From Chloroflexota bacterium (GTDB lineage Bacteria > Chloroflexota > UBA11872 > VXOZ01), in NCBI GenBank assembly GCA_963662335.2, contig CAXXVD010000004.1:128001-192000 (forward strand): 64,000 nucleotides of DNA. The letters are read 5' to 3'. Within the stretch, counting starts at the first letter, position 1. Every line of letters begins with the position of its first letter. A program made the translations under genes and the position numbers. Below the pieces are notes generated by a model. It had not been told where the DNA came from. It saw only the letters and a program-made list of their open reading frames with translations, and did not search any database. Positions 48,837 to 59,700 of the stretch are shown in pieces.

Positions 48837-49805
48837 TCAATTGGAAGCGCCAAAGAGAATCCCGCTATCGGCGCCATCTTCAGGCAGTGATTCATCCACC
48901 AGTTCGTCAAGCGTGGGGGAGCCGCTCTTGGGCAGCGTGACGTCGTCCATGTCCAACACGGCGTCGATGAGGTTCATGAGCAGCCAGGCGTGGGTCGCCT
49001 CCAGCATGAAGACTTCCGGTTTGGCGCGGGCGGTATCGCGCATGATGCCGAGGCCGTCGCTGTACGGCTCGAACGAGACAATTCGTTCCAGACGGACGCG
49101 AAAGCTCTTGGCGCCGCCGGTGAAGTAGATGTGCTTCGTGGTGATGCCCAGCAGGCCGGTGTCCACGTGTTCCATGGCGCTCGTCTCCACGGACTTGCCG
49201 CGAAACTGCCCCGGCCGCACGTACACGCCGGGCATGACGCGAATGCTCAGGCCCAGGGAGCGGCCGCGAAATTCCCGGCGGGTGATCTCTTGCCAGTATC
49301 CCACGTCCGTGAAGACCCAGAGCAGGGCTTCGCTCTTCATCAGGTTGAACGGCAGGGGGCCAAAGCGGGCGCGCGCCGCCCGGCGGTCGTAACGGGGTAT
49401 CACGCCGTCGTCGCGCACCGCCTTCAGCAGCACCATCATGCGGTAGACGGAAAAGTGGCCCTCCGCATCAAGTTCTTGCGCGCTGAGGTTGAAGTGCGCG
49501 CGAAAGCGGTCGAGGCCGTGCTTCTCCGCGCCGGAGAGCGAACGGTCTTCGATGGCGGACTCCACAGCGTTGCCCCACGCCGCAGCCAGCCTGCGCGCAA
49601 GCTGACCCTCGGTCAGCGCGACATTGCCGGCCGCCGCCAGTTCCCGCACCCGGCCCGGCAACGCGTCAAGGCCCTCGCCCCGCAATGCGGCCGCCGCGCA
49701 GACCTCGTCGATCGCGGCGGCGGCCTGCTCGTGCCGCCGCGCGCAGTCATCGTGCTGCTTGCGGAAGAACCCGGCGGGCTTGCCGCAGTACCGGCAGTCA
49801 CCCAT
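48837..49805 (-). CDS. Hypothetical protein with N-terminal CxxC..HxxC motif and PH-like C-terminal region
   Basis: CRYCGK...HDDC; GITTKHIYF...YSDGL; AAGGGAG RBS. Confidence 0.65.
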   Translation of the reverse strand: MGDCRYCGKPAGFFRKQHDDCARRHEQAAAAIDEVCAAAALRGEGLDALPGRVRELAAAGNVALTEGQLARRLAAAWGNAVESAIEDRSLSGAEKHGLDRFRAHFNLSAQELDAEGHFSVYRMMVLLKAVRDDGVIPRYDRRAARARFGPLPFNLMKSEALLWVFTDVGYWQEITRREFRGRSLGLSIRVMPGVYVRPGQFRGKSVETSAMEHVDTGLLGITTKHIYFTGGAKSFRVRLERIVSFEPYSDGLGIMRDTARAKPEVFMLEATHAWLLMNLIDAVLDMDDVTLPKSGSPTLDELVDESLPEDGADSGILFGASN

Positions 49806-49901
49806 ATTTGCTCCCTTCCTGCCGGCTGGCAAGAGACTTGGCCGGCCACGTAACCGAGTTGCGGGCTTGTGCGGTTGAGCCTCTTGCCAGCGGCCCAGCA
49901 G

Positions 49902-50108
49902 CTAGACTTCTACCAGTTCCGTTGACGCTTGTGGTTTTGAAATGGGTTCCCCCTGCTCCCTCATACCCTCAAGGTGGAACTCAATTGCCTCTTGAATGTG
50001 CCGTATGACTTCCTCTCGCGTCTGACCGTTGGCCACACACCCCGGTAGGTCCGGCACGAACGCCGAGAAGTTACGCGGCGTCTTTTCAATTACCACGGCA
50101 TACGTCAT
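49902..50108 (-). CDS. hicB: HicB family antitoxin
   Basis: YAVVIEK...SAFVPDLPGCVANG.T.EE....EAIEFHLEG. Confidence 0.92.
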   Translation of the reverse strand: MTYAVVIEKTPRNFSAFVPDLPGCVANGQTREEVIRHIQEAIEFHLEGMREQGEPISKPQASTELVEV

Positions 50109-50111
50109 CGC

Positions 50112-50198
50112 TCACCTCGCTTGCTTTAGGATACTGTGCCACGATCCGCCCGCCAAGTCATCACCCGGACGTCCGGGGACTGTTACCAGCCCCTTCCT
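50112..50198 (-). pseudogene. hicA: HicA toxin C-terminal remnant
   Basis: Reads RKGLVTVPGRPGDDLAGGSWHSILKQAR* directly before hicB; in-frame TAG upstream, no start codon. Confidence 0.8.
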
Positions 50199-50706
50199 CT
50201 ACTGTGGAAGAATCCTGGATTGCCGCATACGCTTTGCGGGTGCCTCTGGCGACCGGGCGCAAGCGGCGTTGTCTGACAAGGGTGTCGACGGCGGTTTTCA
50301 CGGCGGGTTCACCGTGGCGGCGGAACTTGCCGCTGATCTTGCTGAGGGTGCGAGGGCGGGCGCAGTAGGCCAAGACCTCTTCCGCAAGCATCTCGTGCGC
50401 GGCCGGGAGCGGTTGGATGGGCGTAACGAGCGTGTGGCCGGGGTTGGCGCCGATATTCTCGCCCGGGGTGAAGTCCAGCCGGCCCTGGGCCGCGTGTTCC
50501 GCCAGGAAGTGGCGCAGCCGTGTGCGCAACACGCCGCCATTGCCGGTAGAGCCGTAGCCGTGGATTATGTCTAGTGTTTCCGGGGCGAAGCCACCGGCGC
50601 GCGCTAGCGCCTGGTTGTAGAACGCGATGAAGTCCGGCAGGGCCTCGTGCCAGGTCTGGCCGTGAAGGTCAAGCGTGTGATCGGACTCGGCTTGCGAAGA
50701 AGACAT
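50161..50706 (-). CDS. Stand-alone Smr/MutS2-domain protein
   Basis: LDLHG, IIHGYGSTG, NPGHT. Confidence 0.8.
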   Translation of the reverse strand: MSSSQAESDHTLDLHGQTWHEALPDFIAFYNQALARAGGFAPETLDIIHGYGSTGNGGVLRTRLRHFLAEHAAQGRLDFTPGENIGANPGHTLVTPIQPLPAAHEMLAEEVLAYCARPRTLSKISGKFRRHGEPAVKTAVDTLVRQRRLRPVARGTRKAYAAIQDSSTVEEGAGNSPRTSG

Positions 50707-50721
50707 CGATGGGCACGCATA

Positions 50722-50946
50722 GTAGCGCGGGGGCTTGTCCCCCGCCAGGGTTGGGAGTACGTGTCGGGTTATTTGGCGAGCCGTCGCGTGGCAGGACGCG
50801 CCGCTCTAATCGACATTAATGCGGCGCAGGTTTGCAACCTGCGCCGCTGTGCGGTCAATTATCCAAGGCCGGCTCTTATCGTGTCAGGCCGCCGGAGCAT
50901 ACGCCAAGCGCTTCACGTCCGGGCGGGGGACAAGCCCCCGCGCTAC
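50722..50946. repeat. Inverted GTAG-REP pair enclosing a family-2 palindrome
   Basis: REP at 50722 (+), GCGGCGCAGGTTTGCAACCTGCGCCGC at 50821, REP at 50923-50946 (-). Confidence 0.88.
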
Positions 50947-50979
50947 GCTATTGCGAGAACACTAATGCGACAAGACTAG

Positions 50980-51016
50980 CCCCTCACCCTAACACTCTCC
51001 CCAAAGGAGAGGGGAC
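50980..51016. repeat. BoxC-like pyrimidine/purine palindrome downstream of 5S
   Basis: CCCTCACCCTAACACTCTCCCCAAAGGAGAGGGGAC. Confidence 0.6.
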
Positions 51017-51070
51017 AAGGGAGATCCGGCTGGGCGTGCCTGAAACTGGTCGTTCCAAAAAAAACAAAAA

Positions 51071-51191
51071 TCCTTGGGCAACGGCCTATTTTCCCACACA
51101 GTCGCCCGTGCAGTATCGTCGGTGCTGAGGGACTTAACTACCGTGTTCGGGATGGGAACGGGTGTACCCCCCTCGCCTTGTCACCCAAGGA
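51071..51191 (-). rRNA. rrf: 5S rRNA
   Basis: CACCCGTTCCCATCCCGAACACGG core; terminal helix TCCTTGGG/CCCAAGGA. Confidence 0.96.
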
Positions 51192-51485
51192 GATTTGACT
51201 CAGGTATGAAGTGCTGCCGCGTTGGTGTTGACCGCAGCCCGCAAGCGGGCCCGGCAAACCGCACGGCGCACATTGTGAACGTGCACCGGTGAACAATGCG
51301 CAAGTCGTGGAAATGCAGAACTCCAATTTTGCCGATTCGACGCGCGGCTAAGTCCTCGACCATTAGTACCGCTCGGCTGAACGCGTTACCGCGCTTACAC
51401 CTGCGGCCTATCAACCAGATCATCTCTCTGGGGTCTTACCTCTCGCCGCAAAGCGGTCGAGAGTGGGGAACCTAATCTTGAGGCT

Positions 51486-51518
<33 letters not shown>

Positions 51519-51576
51519 ATTCCGCACGTAGCTACCCAGCTATGCCTCTGGCGAGACAACTGGTACACCAGCGGTG

Positions 51577-51608
<32 letters not shown>

Positions 51609-51636
51609 CTCCTCGCAAGTTCCCTGCGCCTGCGGA

Positions 51637-51683
<47 letters not shown>

Positions 51684-51686
51684 GCG

Positions 51687-51721
<35 letters not shown>

Positions 51722-51797
51722 GCTCCAGCCCCAGGATGCGCTGAGCCGACATCGAGGTGCCAAGCCTCCCCGTCGCTATGAACGCTTGGGGGAGATA

Positions 51798-51828
<31 letters not shown>

Positions 51829-51990
51829 ATAATCCACGGCCCTTCCACTCGGAACCGTAGGGTCACTAAGCCCGACTTTCGTCCCTGCTCGACGTGTATG
51901 TCTCGCAGTCAAGCTCCCTTGTGCCTTTACACGCTAAGGCTGATTTCCATCCAGCCTGAGGGAACCTTTGGGCGCCTCCGTTATCTTTTG

Positions 51991-52026
<36 letters not shown>

Positions 52027-52284
52027 CTGTCCCCCTCCCGGATCACGGCAAGGGGTTAGAATAAGGATCGTAGAAGGGTGGTATTTCACCATTGCCTCCC
52101 CAATCCCCAAGAGGAAAGGTTCACAGGCTCCCACCTATCCTACGCATCGACGGCCCCGATCCAATGCCAAGGTGCAGTAAAGCTCCACGGGGTCTTTTTG
52201 TCCTTCCGCAGGTAACCAGCATCTTCACTGGTACTTCAATTTCGCCGGGTCCCCTGCTGAGACAGTGCCCAACTCGTTACGCCA

Positions 52285-52323
<39 letters not shown>

Positions 52324-52999
52324 CGGTACATCGCGGCGTCTCCGCCGCAACTTATCCCACTCTGTTTCCAGAGGGGCCGGACTTTCTCTTCACTCGTCCT
52401 CTGTTCATCTGGCCGGCGATCGCGCGGATCTCGGCTATGCCTTCGGTCGTCACGTGCGTCCCACGCTCCATGAGCAGCAGGATGCGCCGGAATTTGATGA
52501 AGTCCACACGCTTCTTGGAGCGCAGTTCGTGCTTCTCAAAGAACGGAATAATCCGTTCCCGGAGGTGTTGCACGCTGCGCACCCGATAGCACATGCGGTC
52601 ACCGTGGTTTCTACGCACTACTCCACACCCAAAGAAAGCCTTGAGTTGGTAGAGCAGTTGCGCGTCGCGTTCATGCTGCACCACGGTAAATTCAGGCAGC
52701 ACCTGAAAACCGGAGGTCATTTCGTCGTGGCGATTGATGCCCACAAAGAAGCACCCTTCTCCATCGACGAAACCGCAGATCCATTGCGCCGTCAACCGTG
52801 AAGACGAGGCCGGACGTAAAGTCTCTGAGGGTTCTCTCGTTTCGGTCATGCGAGAGCCTTCCCTGCGGATTGTCCCCATGTCCGCCAGGCTTCTTACTGC
52901 TTGCGCGCCGCGCGGAAGCGCGGCCTGCAAACGAGTACCTGATGGCTGTGCGAGGAGTTTCCCGCATATGGTCCGGTTTTACTAAGGCTCGCGAAGTGA
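52324..52999 (-). mobile_element. Group I intron in 23S rRNA at the site equivalent to E. coli U1931
   Basis: 676-nt insert in CCUAAGGU^AGCGAAAU; P1 with U-G at 5' splice site; UCAGAGACU and AAGAGAAAGUCC core motifs; terminal G. Confidence 0.95.
52352..52849 (-). CDS. Single-motif LAGLIDADG homing endonuclease
   Basis: WICGFVDGEGCF, F.V.QH, FFGCG.V, IIPFFEK..L...K..DF..F. Confidence 0.95.
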   Translation of the reverse strand: MTETREPSETLRPASSSRLTAQWICGFVDGEGCFFVGINRHDEMTSGFQVLPEFTVVQHERDAQLLYQLKAFFGCGVVRRNHGDRMCYRVRSVQHLRERIIPFFEKHELRSKKRVDFIKFRRILLLMERGTHVTTEGIAEIRAIAGQMNRGRVKRKSGPSGNRVG

Positions 53000-53216
53000 A
53001 CCTTAGGACGGTTATAGTTACCGCCGCCGTTCACCGGGGCTTCCCGTCAGGGCGTGAACCCCTCTAGTTAACCTTCCGGCACCGGGCAGGCGTCAGCCCC
53101 CATACATCAGCTTTCGCTTTCGCGGAGACCTGTGTTTTTGTTAAACAGTCGGTTGGGCCTCTTCAGTGCCACCGCGGCTCGCTAGCCGGCGCAAGGCCGG
53201 AGCACGCGCCGCGGTA

Positions 53217-53249
<33 letters not shown>

Positions 53250-54546
53250 GAGTTCCTTAGCAGAGGGTCTCCCGCTCACCTTGGGACATTTACCCCCGCC
53301 CACCAGTGTCGGTTTGCGGTACGGGCGCCCATATTCTGGCTAGAGGCTTTTCTTGCAGGCTGGGCTCAAAGGAATCGCCCTTGACGATTGTCGCGGACTC
53401 TCCATCGCTTCTCGGCGTTTGGGGTAGAGCGGCGGATTTACCTGCCGCTCCCGCCTACCAGCTTGGACGTGTATAGCCAAGAACACGCTCCTCCTACCCT
53501 GCCCGGTCCCCCCTTCGCTCATAACGAACACGGGCGGTTCCGGAATATCAACCGGATGTCCATCGCCTACGCCATATTGGCCTCGGCTTAGGCCCGACTA
53601 ACCCTCAGTGGACGAACCTTCCTGAGGAAACCTTGGGCTTACGGTGAGCCGGATTCTCACCGGCTAACGCTACTCATGCCGACATTCGCACTTCCCTGCG
53701 CTCCACCCGTCCTTTCGGTCGGGCTTCGCCGCCCAGGGAACGCTCCCCTACCCGGCGGCTGCTCCCGTAGGATTGCCGCCGCCCTAGCTTCGGTACCAGA
53801 CTTAAGCCCCGTTGAATTTTCGGCGCCAGACGGCTTGACCAGTGAGCTGTTACGCACTCTTTAAAGGATGGCTGCTTCCAAGCCAACCTCCTGGCTGTCC
53901 GGGCTATCCGACATCCTTTCCCACTTAGTCCGGATTTAGGGACCTTAGCTGAGGGTCTGGGTTGTTTCCCTTTTGACGATGAAGATTATCCCCCACCGTC
54001 CCACTCCCAGGCAACGTGTACACGGCATTCGGAGTTTGGTTGGGTTTGGTAACCGTTTTGGCCCCTAGCCCATCCAGTGCTCTACCTCCGCGACACTTAA
54101 ACCTGAGGCTGCACCGCAATGCATTTCGGGGAGAACCAGCTATATCTGAGTTCGATTGGCATTTCACCTCTAGCCACAGCTCATCCCCCAGTTTTGTAAC
54201 ACTGGTGGGTGCGGGCTTCCACGAGATATTACTCTCTCTTCACCCTGGCCATGGCTAGCTCACTCAGTTTCGGGTCTACTCCACGCGACTGGATCGCCCT
54301 GTTCGGACTCGCTTTCGCTACGGCTCCGGCCCTCCGACCTTAGCCTTGCCACGCATAGTAACTCGTCGGCTCATTCTCCAAAAGGCACGCCATCAGGCAT
54401 TCCGCCTCATAATGCGGGCTCAACGCCCCCGCGCGCCGCGCCTCCCGAAAGAAGCGCAGTTTGCGGGCACGCCGTCCCAGCAAGGCGGCATAGCCCTCTG
54501 ACTGCTTGTAGGCGTACGATTTCAGGTTCTGTTTCACTCCCCTCCC

Positions 54547-54577
<31 letters not shown>

Positions 54578-55196
54578 CGTTCGCTATCGGTCGCCAAAGG
54601 TGTTTAGCCTTGGGAAGTGGGCTCCCCAGCTTCCCACAGGGTTACACGTGTCCCGTGGTACTCAGGCACAGCAACGAGAGAGCCGTGGCTTTCGTGTACG
54701 GGGCTCTCACCCTCTCTGGCGGGCCGTTCCAGGCCCTTCTACTAACCACAGCTTTTCTCCAACTCTCCGGGCCCCTTGCAGAGGGCCCTGTTGCGGCCTC
54801 CAACCCTCACGCTGCAACGGCTGCAACCTATCGCACAGCGTGAGTTTAGGCTCATCCCCTTTCGCTCGCCACTACTCAGGGAATACTCTCTCTTCCTCGC
54901 CCTACTAAGATGATTCAGTTCGGGCGGTTCCCCCCGCAGGTCTATTAATTCAACCTGCGGTGACGAGGCATCACCCTCGCCGGGTTTCCCCATTCGGGCA
55001 CCTGCGGATCAAAATCTGCTGACGACTCCCCGCAGCTTTTCGCAGTCAACCGCGCCCTTCATCGGCCTTTGGCGCCAAGGCATCCGTCGCACGCCCTTAG
55101 TAACTTAGCCTGCTTCGAACCGGCAAAATTGAAGTTCTGCTTGCGCATATTCACCTGTTAACGTGCCGCCCCCACTCGCGCAAGGGCGCATCCCCT

Positions 55197-55226
55197 AATG
55201 TACCAAACATCGTCCCACGCTGTCAA
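55197..55226 (-). promoter_or_regulatory. Promoter of the 23S-5S unit
   Basis: TTGACA-18nt-TACATT with TG extension, about 90 nt upstream of 23S. Confidence 0.75.
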
Positions 55227-55333
55227 GGAAAAGGGGGGCAAAAATAGTAGACGTAGACTTGCACCATTGCGGTTTCTGAGTAAGAAGGAAATTCTTAAGG
55301 AGACATGGGAGTGGAAACAAGCGGTGAGGCATC

Positions 55334-56776
55334 GTGAAGATTGCCTGTATACTCATTACCCACCCGCGCGCCAAGTGCGAACTGAGGCGGCAGCCGGAAC
55401 TGGCAGCAGTCCCGGCTGTTATCGTAGATCGTTCTTCAGGCAGCCCGCAGGTTATCGATGTCTTCCCGGCCGCTACCGGGGTGGCAGCGGGTATGTCGCT
55501 GGAGGAGGCACTCTCCCACAATGCCGATACCGTCGTCATCGAAGCCAATGAACCGGCGTACCGGCGGGTTTTCCGGCAGGTGCTTACCTCCCTCCAGCAA
55601 GTCAGTGATCGGGTGGAACATGCGGCGCTGGGCGTTGCGTACGTGCGCCTTGACGGACTTGAAACCCTCTATGGCGGTGAAGAGCGGGTCGTCGCTGCGC
55701 TGTTGAATGCCATCCCCGCGGATCTCACGCCGCGCGTGGGCGTGGCAGACGCTAAATTTCCCGCTCTAGTCGCGGCCCAAGCCAGCCGCGCGGGTGAGGT
55801 AACGCGAGTACCCGAGTATGCGGCCGCGTTCTTAGCGCCACATCCCGTTACGCTGCTGCCGCTCGCTCCCGCAGTGCACGAGCGTCTGCAACGCTTCGGC
55901 TTACGCACCTTGGGCGATGTGGCGGCCATGCGCGTGGACCAATTGAGCAACCAGTTTGGCGCTGACGGTACCAAGGCCTGGCAACTCTGCCACGGCATTG
56001 ACGAGGAACTGTTTATCCCGCTGAAGCATGAGGAGTCCGTCACCGCCCACGTTACTTTGCCATTTGTCTCCACCTCTCTGGAACTCTTCTTGGTGACGCT
56101 GGAAGGTCTGCTGAAGAGTGCCTACGCGCAGCCGCAGATGCGGGGACGCTATGCAGAGCAAGCCATCATACAGTGCAGCCTCTTTCGGTCGCAGCCGTGG
56201 GAGAAAGTGGTCAACTTCAAGCACGGCGTCGGCTGTGAGGGGGCCGCGCGCATTATCAGAAGCCGTCTGGAAGCCGACTATCCGCCCGCGCCGATTGAAG
56301 AAATCACGCTTACCGTAGCGAATCTCACGGGCGAGTCCGCCACGCAAATGGGACTGCTCCGCGATGTCCGCAAAGATAGAAATGACCGTCTGGTAGAGGC
56401 GGACAGGCAATTCCAAGCCCGTATGCAGGGCAGGCGGGCGCTGTTCCGCGTGGTGAACATCGCGCCCTGGCATCCGGCGCCGGAGTTGCGCGCGCTACAG
56501 ATACCTATCGATCCGGCAGCGAAGGACAGCTTGAGACCGCTTGCCAATCCTACGGCTGTAGAGGTGCAAGTAAGCGAGGATAACCAACCCCTAGCAGTAC
56601 GCTTGAAGAACCGCTGGCATCAGGTAGCCAGCATCGACGATAAGTGGTGCTTCGACCTCTGGTGGCTGGCCGCGCCGCTTACGCGCGCCTACTATCGGGT
56701 GCGGCGGGCGGATGGGGTCCCGCTCACCCTGTTCCGTGACTGGAGAGATGGCTGCTGGTATCGGCAAGTCTCATAG
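55334..56776 (+). CDS. imuB: ImuB-like Y-family polymerase accessory protein with fused C-terminal domain
   Basis: GVAAGMSL, GLETLYGGE, RFGLRTLGD; C-terminal W..WW...R.YYRV..LFRD..W; upstream of dnaE2. Confidence 0.8.
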   Translation: MKIACILITHPRAKCELRRQPELAAVPAVIVDRSSGSPQVIDVFPAATGVAAGMSLEEALSHNADTVVIEANEPAYRRVFRQVLTSLQQVSDRVEHAALGVAYVRLDGLETLYGGEERVVAALLNAIPADLTPRVGVADAKFPALVAAQASRAGEVTRVPEYAAAFLAPHPVTLLPLAPAVHERLQRFGLRTLGDVAAMRVDQLSNQFGADGTKAWQLCHGIDEELFIPLKHEESVTAHVTLPFVSTSLELFLVTLEGLLKSAYAQPQMRGRYAEQAIIQCSLFRSQPWEKVVNFKHGVGCEGAARIIRSRLEADYPPAPIEEITLTVANLTGESATQMGLLRDVRKDRNDRLVEADRQFQARMQGRRALFRVVNIAPWHPAPELRALQIPIDPAAKDSLRPLANPTAVEVQVSEDNQPLAVRLKNRWHQVASIDDKWCFDLWWLAAPLTRAYYRVRRADGVPLTLFRDWRDGCWYRQVS

Positions 56777-56785
56777 AGCAGCCCG

Positions 56786-59700
56786 ATGTCTTCCACAACA
56801 CCGCAGTCCGCCGGATACGTTGAGTTGCATGCCAAGAGCTTCTACTCCTTCGGGATAGGAGCCTCTCACACTCACGAGTTGCTCGCCCAAGCCAAAGCGT
56901 TCGGTTATGGTGCGCTCGCCCTGTCCGACACTAACCTCTGCGGGGCTCTGGAGTTCGCGCGCCTTGCTAACAGCTTGGAAATTCGGCCCATCACCGGCGG
57001 CGAGTTTGCCCTGCTGGATGGTTCGCGAATCGTCTTGCTGGCCAGGACGCGCGAAGGCTATGCCAACCTTGCGCGGTTGTTCACGCTGGCGAACGCCGTC
57101 GACCGCCGAGAGCCACGTTTGGATCCCGCGCATCTTCCTACGCATGCTACAGGCCTGATTCTGCTCACCGGTGGTCGCGATGGACCGCTGGCGCGCTTGG
57201 GGGAGGCTGGCTGTCACGAAACGGCGCTGACACGGCTGAATGAATACGCAACATGGTACAGCCAAGACGCCGTATACGTGGAGTTGCAGCAGAACTTCCT
57301 GCGCGGCGACACCAAGCGCAATTGCGAGCTAGCGCGACTTGCCAGCGACGCAGGCGTGCCTGTGGTGGCTACCAATGATGTGCATTATCACGCAGCGGAG
57401 CGTTATCGGCTGCAGCACGCCCTTGAAGCCGCCAAGCGCAATATCACCATCGACCAGGCCCTCCCGCATCTCAAACCGAATCATCACCTCCACTTGAAGC
57501 CCTTTGAACAGATGGAGCACATCTTCAAAGACGTTCCTGAAGCTGTTGCTAACACCGTGAAGATCGCGCAACAATGCGATTTCGATCTCAGCACCGATCT
57601 TGGTTACACCCTCCCCGATCCCGCTGTGCCGGAGGGCTTCACACCCTCACAGCACTTGCGCTCGCTCTGCGAAGCGGCGGCAGTGCGGCGCTATGGAGCG
57701 CTAACCGCATTGGTGCAGGCGCGGCTCGACGAGGAGTTTGACCTGATCGAGAAGCACAATCTGGCAGGCTTCCTGTTGCTGTACCGGGAGATTGTGAGCG
57801 TTGCACAGCAGATCATGGTGGAGCGTGGACTAGTAGACCCCGAGACACCGCTAGAGGAGCGCCCTCCAGGGAGAGGGCGCGGCTCATCGGTGGCGCTCCT
57901 CGTCGGCTACCTCATCGGTATTAGTCACGTAGACCCGCTCAAGTGGAATCTCACCCTGGAGCGCTTCATATCTGCCGACATGACCATGCTGCCGGACATC
58001 GACCTGGACTTTCCACGTGAAATCAGGGACGCGCTGCTGGAGCGGGTGCACCGCCACTTTGGGTCGGAGTACGCCGTGCTTGCCAGCGCCATCGCTACCT
58101 ATTCGGTGAAGGGCATCATTCAAGACCTGGGAAAAGCGCTGGGGCTGCTCAAGGAAGACCTGTCGCTCCTTTCCAAACAACTCCACTCGCACCATGCCGA
58201 CAATCTCAAAGAAGAAATGCTGGCGCTGCCCGCCTTTCGGGATAAGGTGACAGCCGCGGGGTGGCGTGATCTCATCCAGCTTGGGCCTGCGCTCATGGAT
58301 GCGCCCAAAGGAATCGGCCAGCACGTCGGCGGCATGATCCTGAGCGATAGACCTATTTCTGCGCTCGTGCCCATCCGTGCCGGCGCCATGGAAGGCCGCT
58401 ACATCATGGACTGGAACAAGGACTCCGTGGCGGATGCCAACTTTGCCAAGATCGACCTACTCTCGCTGCCCGTCCTCGACCAGATCGAGGAGGCGCTGGA
58501 TCTGATTGAAGCCAGAGAAGGAAAACGGCCGGACCTAAGCCGCATTGATCCTGAGGACCCGCAGGTGTACGACATGATCAACGCGGGGCGGTCTATCGGC
58601 ATCTTCCTGCTCCAATCGCCTGCGCAACTCAAGATGGGCCAGCGCCTACGTTCGCGGACTCTGCTCGACTTGGCCTATCAAGTGGCGCTCATCCGTCCCG
58701 GTGTGGGCGTACAGGGAAGCGCTGTTTCGCAGTTCGTAGAGCGGTATCGGCACGGCGTCTCGTGGGACTACGACCATCCCTTGGAGCAACGCGCACTGGA
58801 ACGGGGCTACGGCATCATCGTATGGCAGGAGCAGGTGGTGCAACTCATTATGGACGTGGCCGGCATGACGGCGGCGCAAGCCGACGAAGTGCGGCGGGCG
58901 TTCACTAAGCCCAACAACGCACACCTGATCGCCATGCACTGGCAGCAATTCTTGGAAGGCGCGCAGCGTAGAGGAGTGCCGGAACCGATTGCGGAGAAGA
59001 TCTTCGGCAAGATCAACGGCCACTACATGTTTCCGGAGAGCCATAGCCATGCCTTTGCCATCACCGCTTATCAGGCTGCCTGGCTGAAGCGCTATTACCC
59101 ACTGGAATTCTTCATTGGCTTGATGAACAACCAGCCCATGGGCTTCTATCCACTGGAAACGCTCAAGCAGGACGCGCAGAGCTTTGGAGTGTCCTTTCTA
59201 AATCCGTGCGTGAACCACAGTCAGGTACGCTGCACCCCCGCTGAGGACGCCGTGCTGCTGGGTTTGCAGTTCGTCAATAACGTCGGCGCGGAGATGGCGC
59301 AGCGCATCGTGGCCGAGCGGGAGAGCGGCGGCCCATACACGGGAGCGAGTGACTTTGTGAGGCGGACGGGTGTGAAATCCCAGACGGTACAGTCATTAGT
59401 CCAAGCAGGCGCATTCGACGCGATTTCGCCGAATCGTCGAGAGGCGTTATGGGACTCAGGTCTCGCCATTCGCCCCGGCAGGCACGGGCAACACGCTTTT
59501 GCTGTGGCTACGGCAGAGAGTGTGCCACGGTTGGCAGACTTCAACGACTTTGAGCGCATGGTGGGCGAGTATGCCGTCATGGGCATCCATCCTAAGGGGC
59601 ACCTGATGGAACACTTCCGGCCCTCACTGGGGCCTAATGTGCTGCCCACTGTCGCGATAGAGGACGTGGCAGAAGGCGAGCGGATCCAGGTAGCCGGATG

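Noticed and set aside
22285-50946. GTAG repeats as a CRISPR array
   Set aside because: At most a few copies per locus, irregular spacing, both orientations, no cas genes.
55281-55297. Canonical LexA box
   Set aside because: Spacing and core do not fit GAAC-N4-GTTC; kept only as an unexplained inverted repeat.
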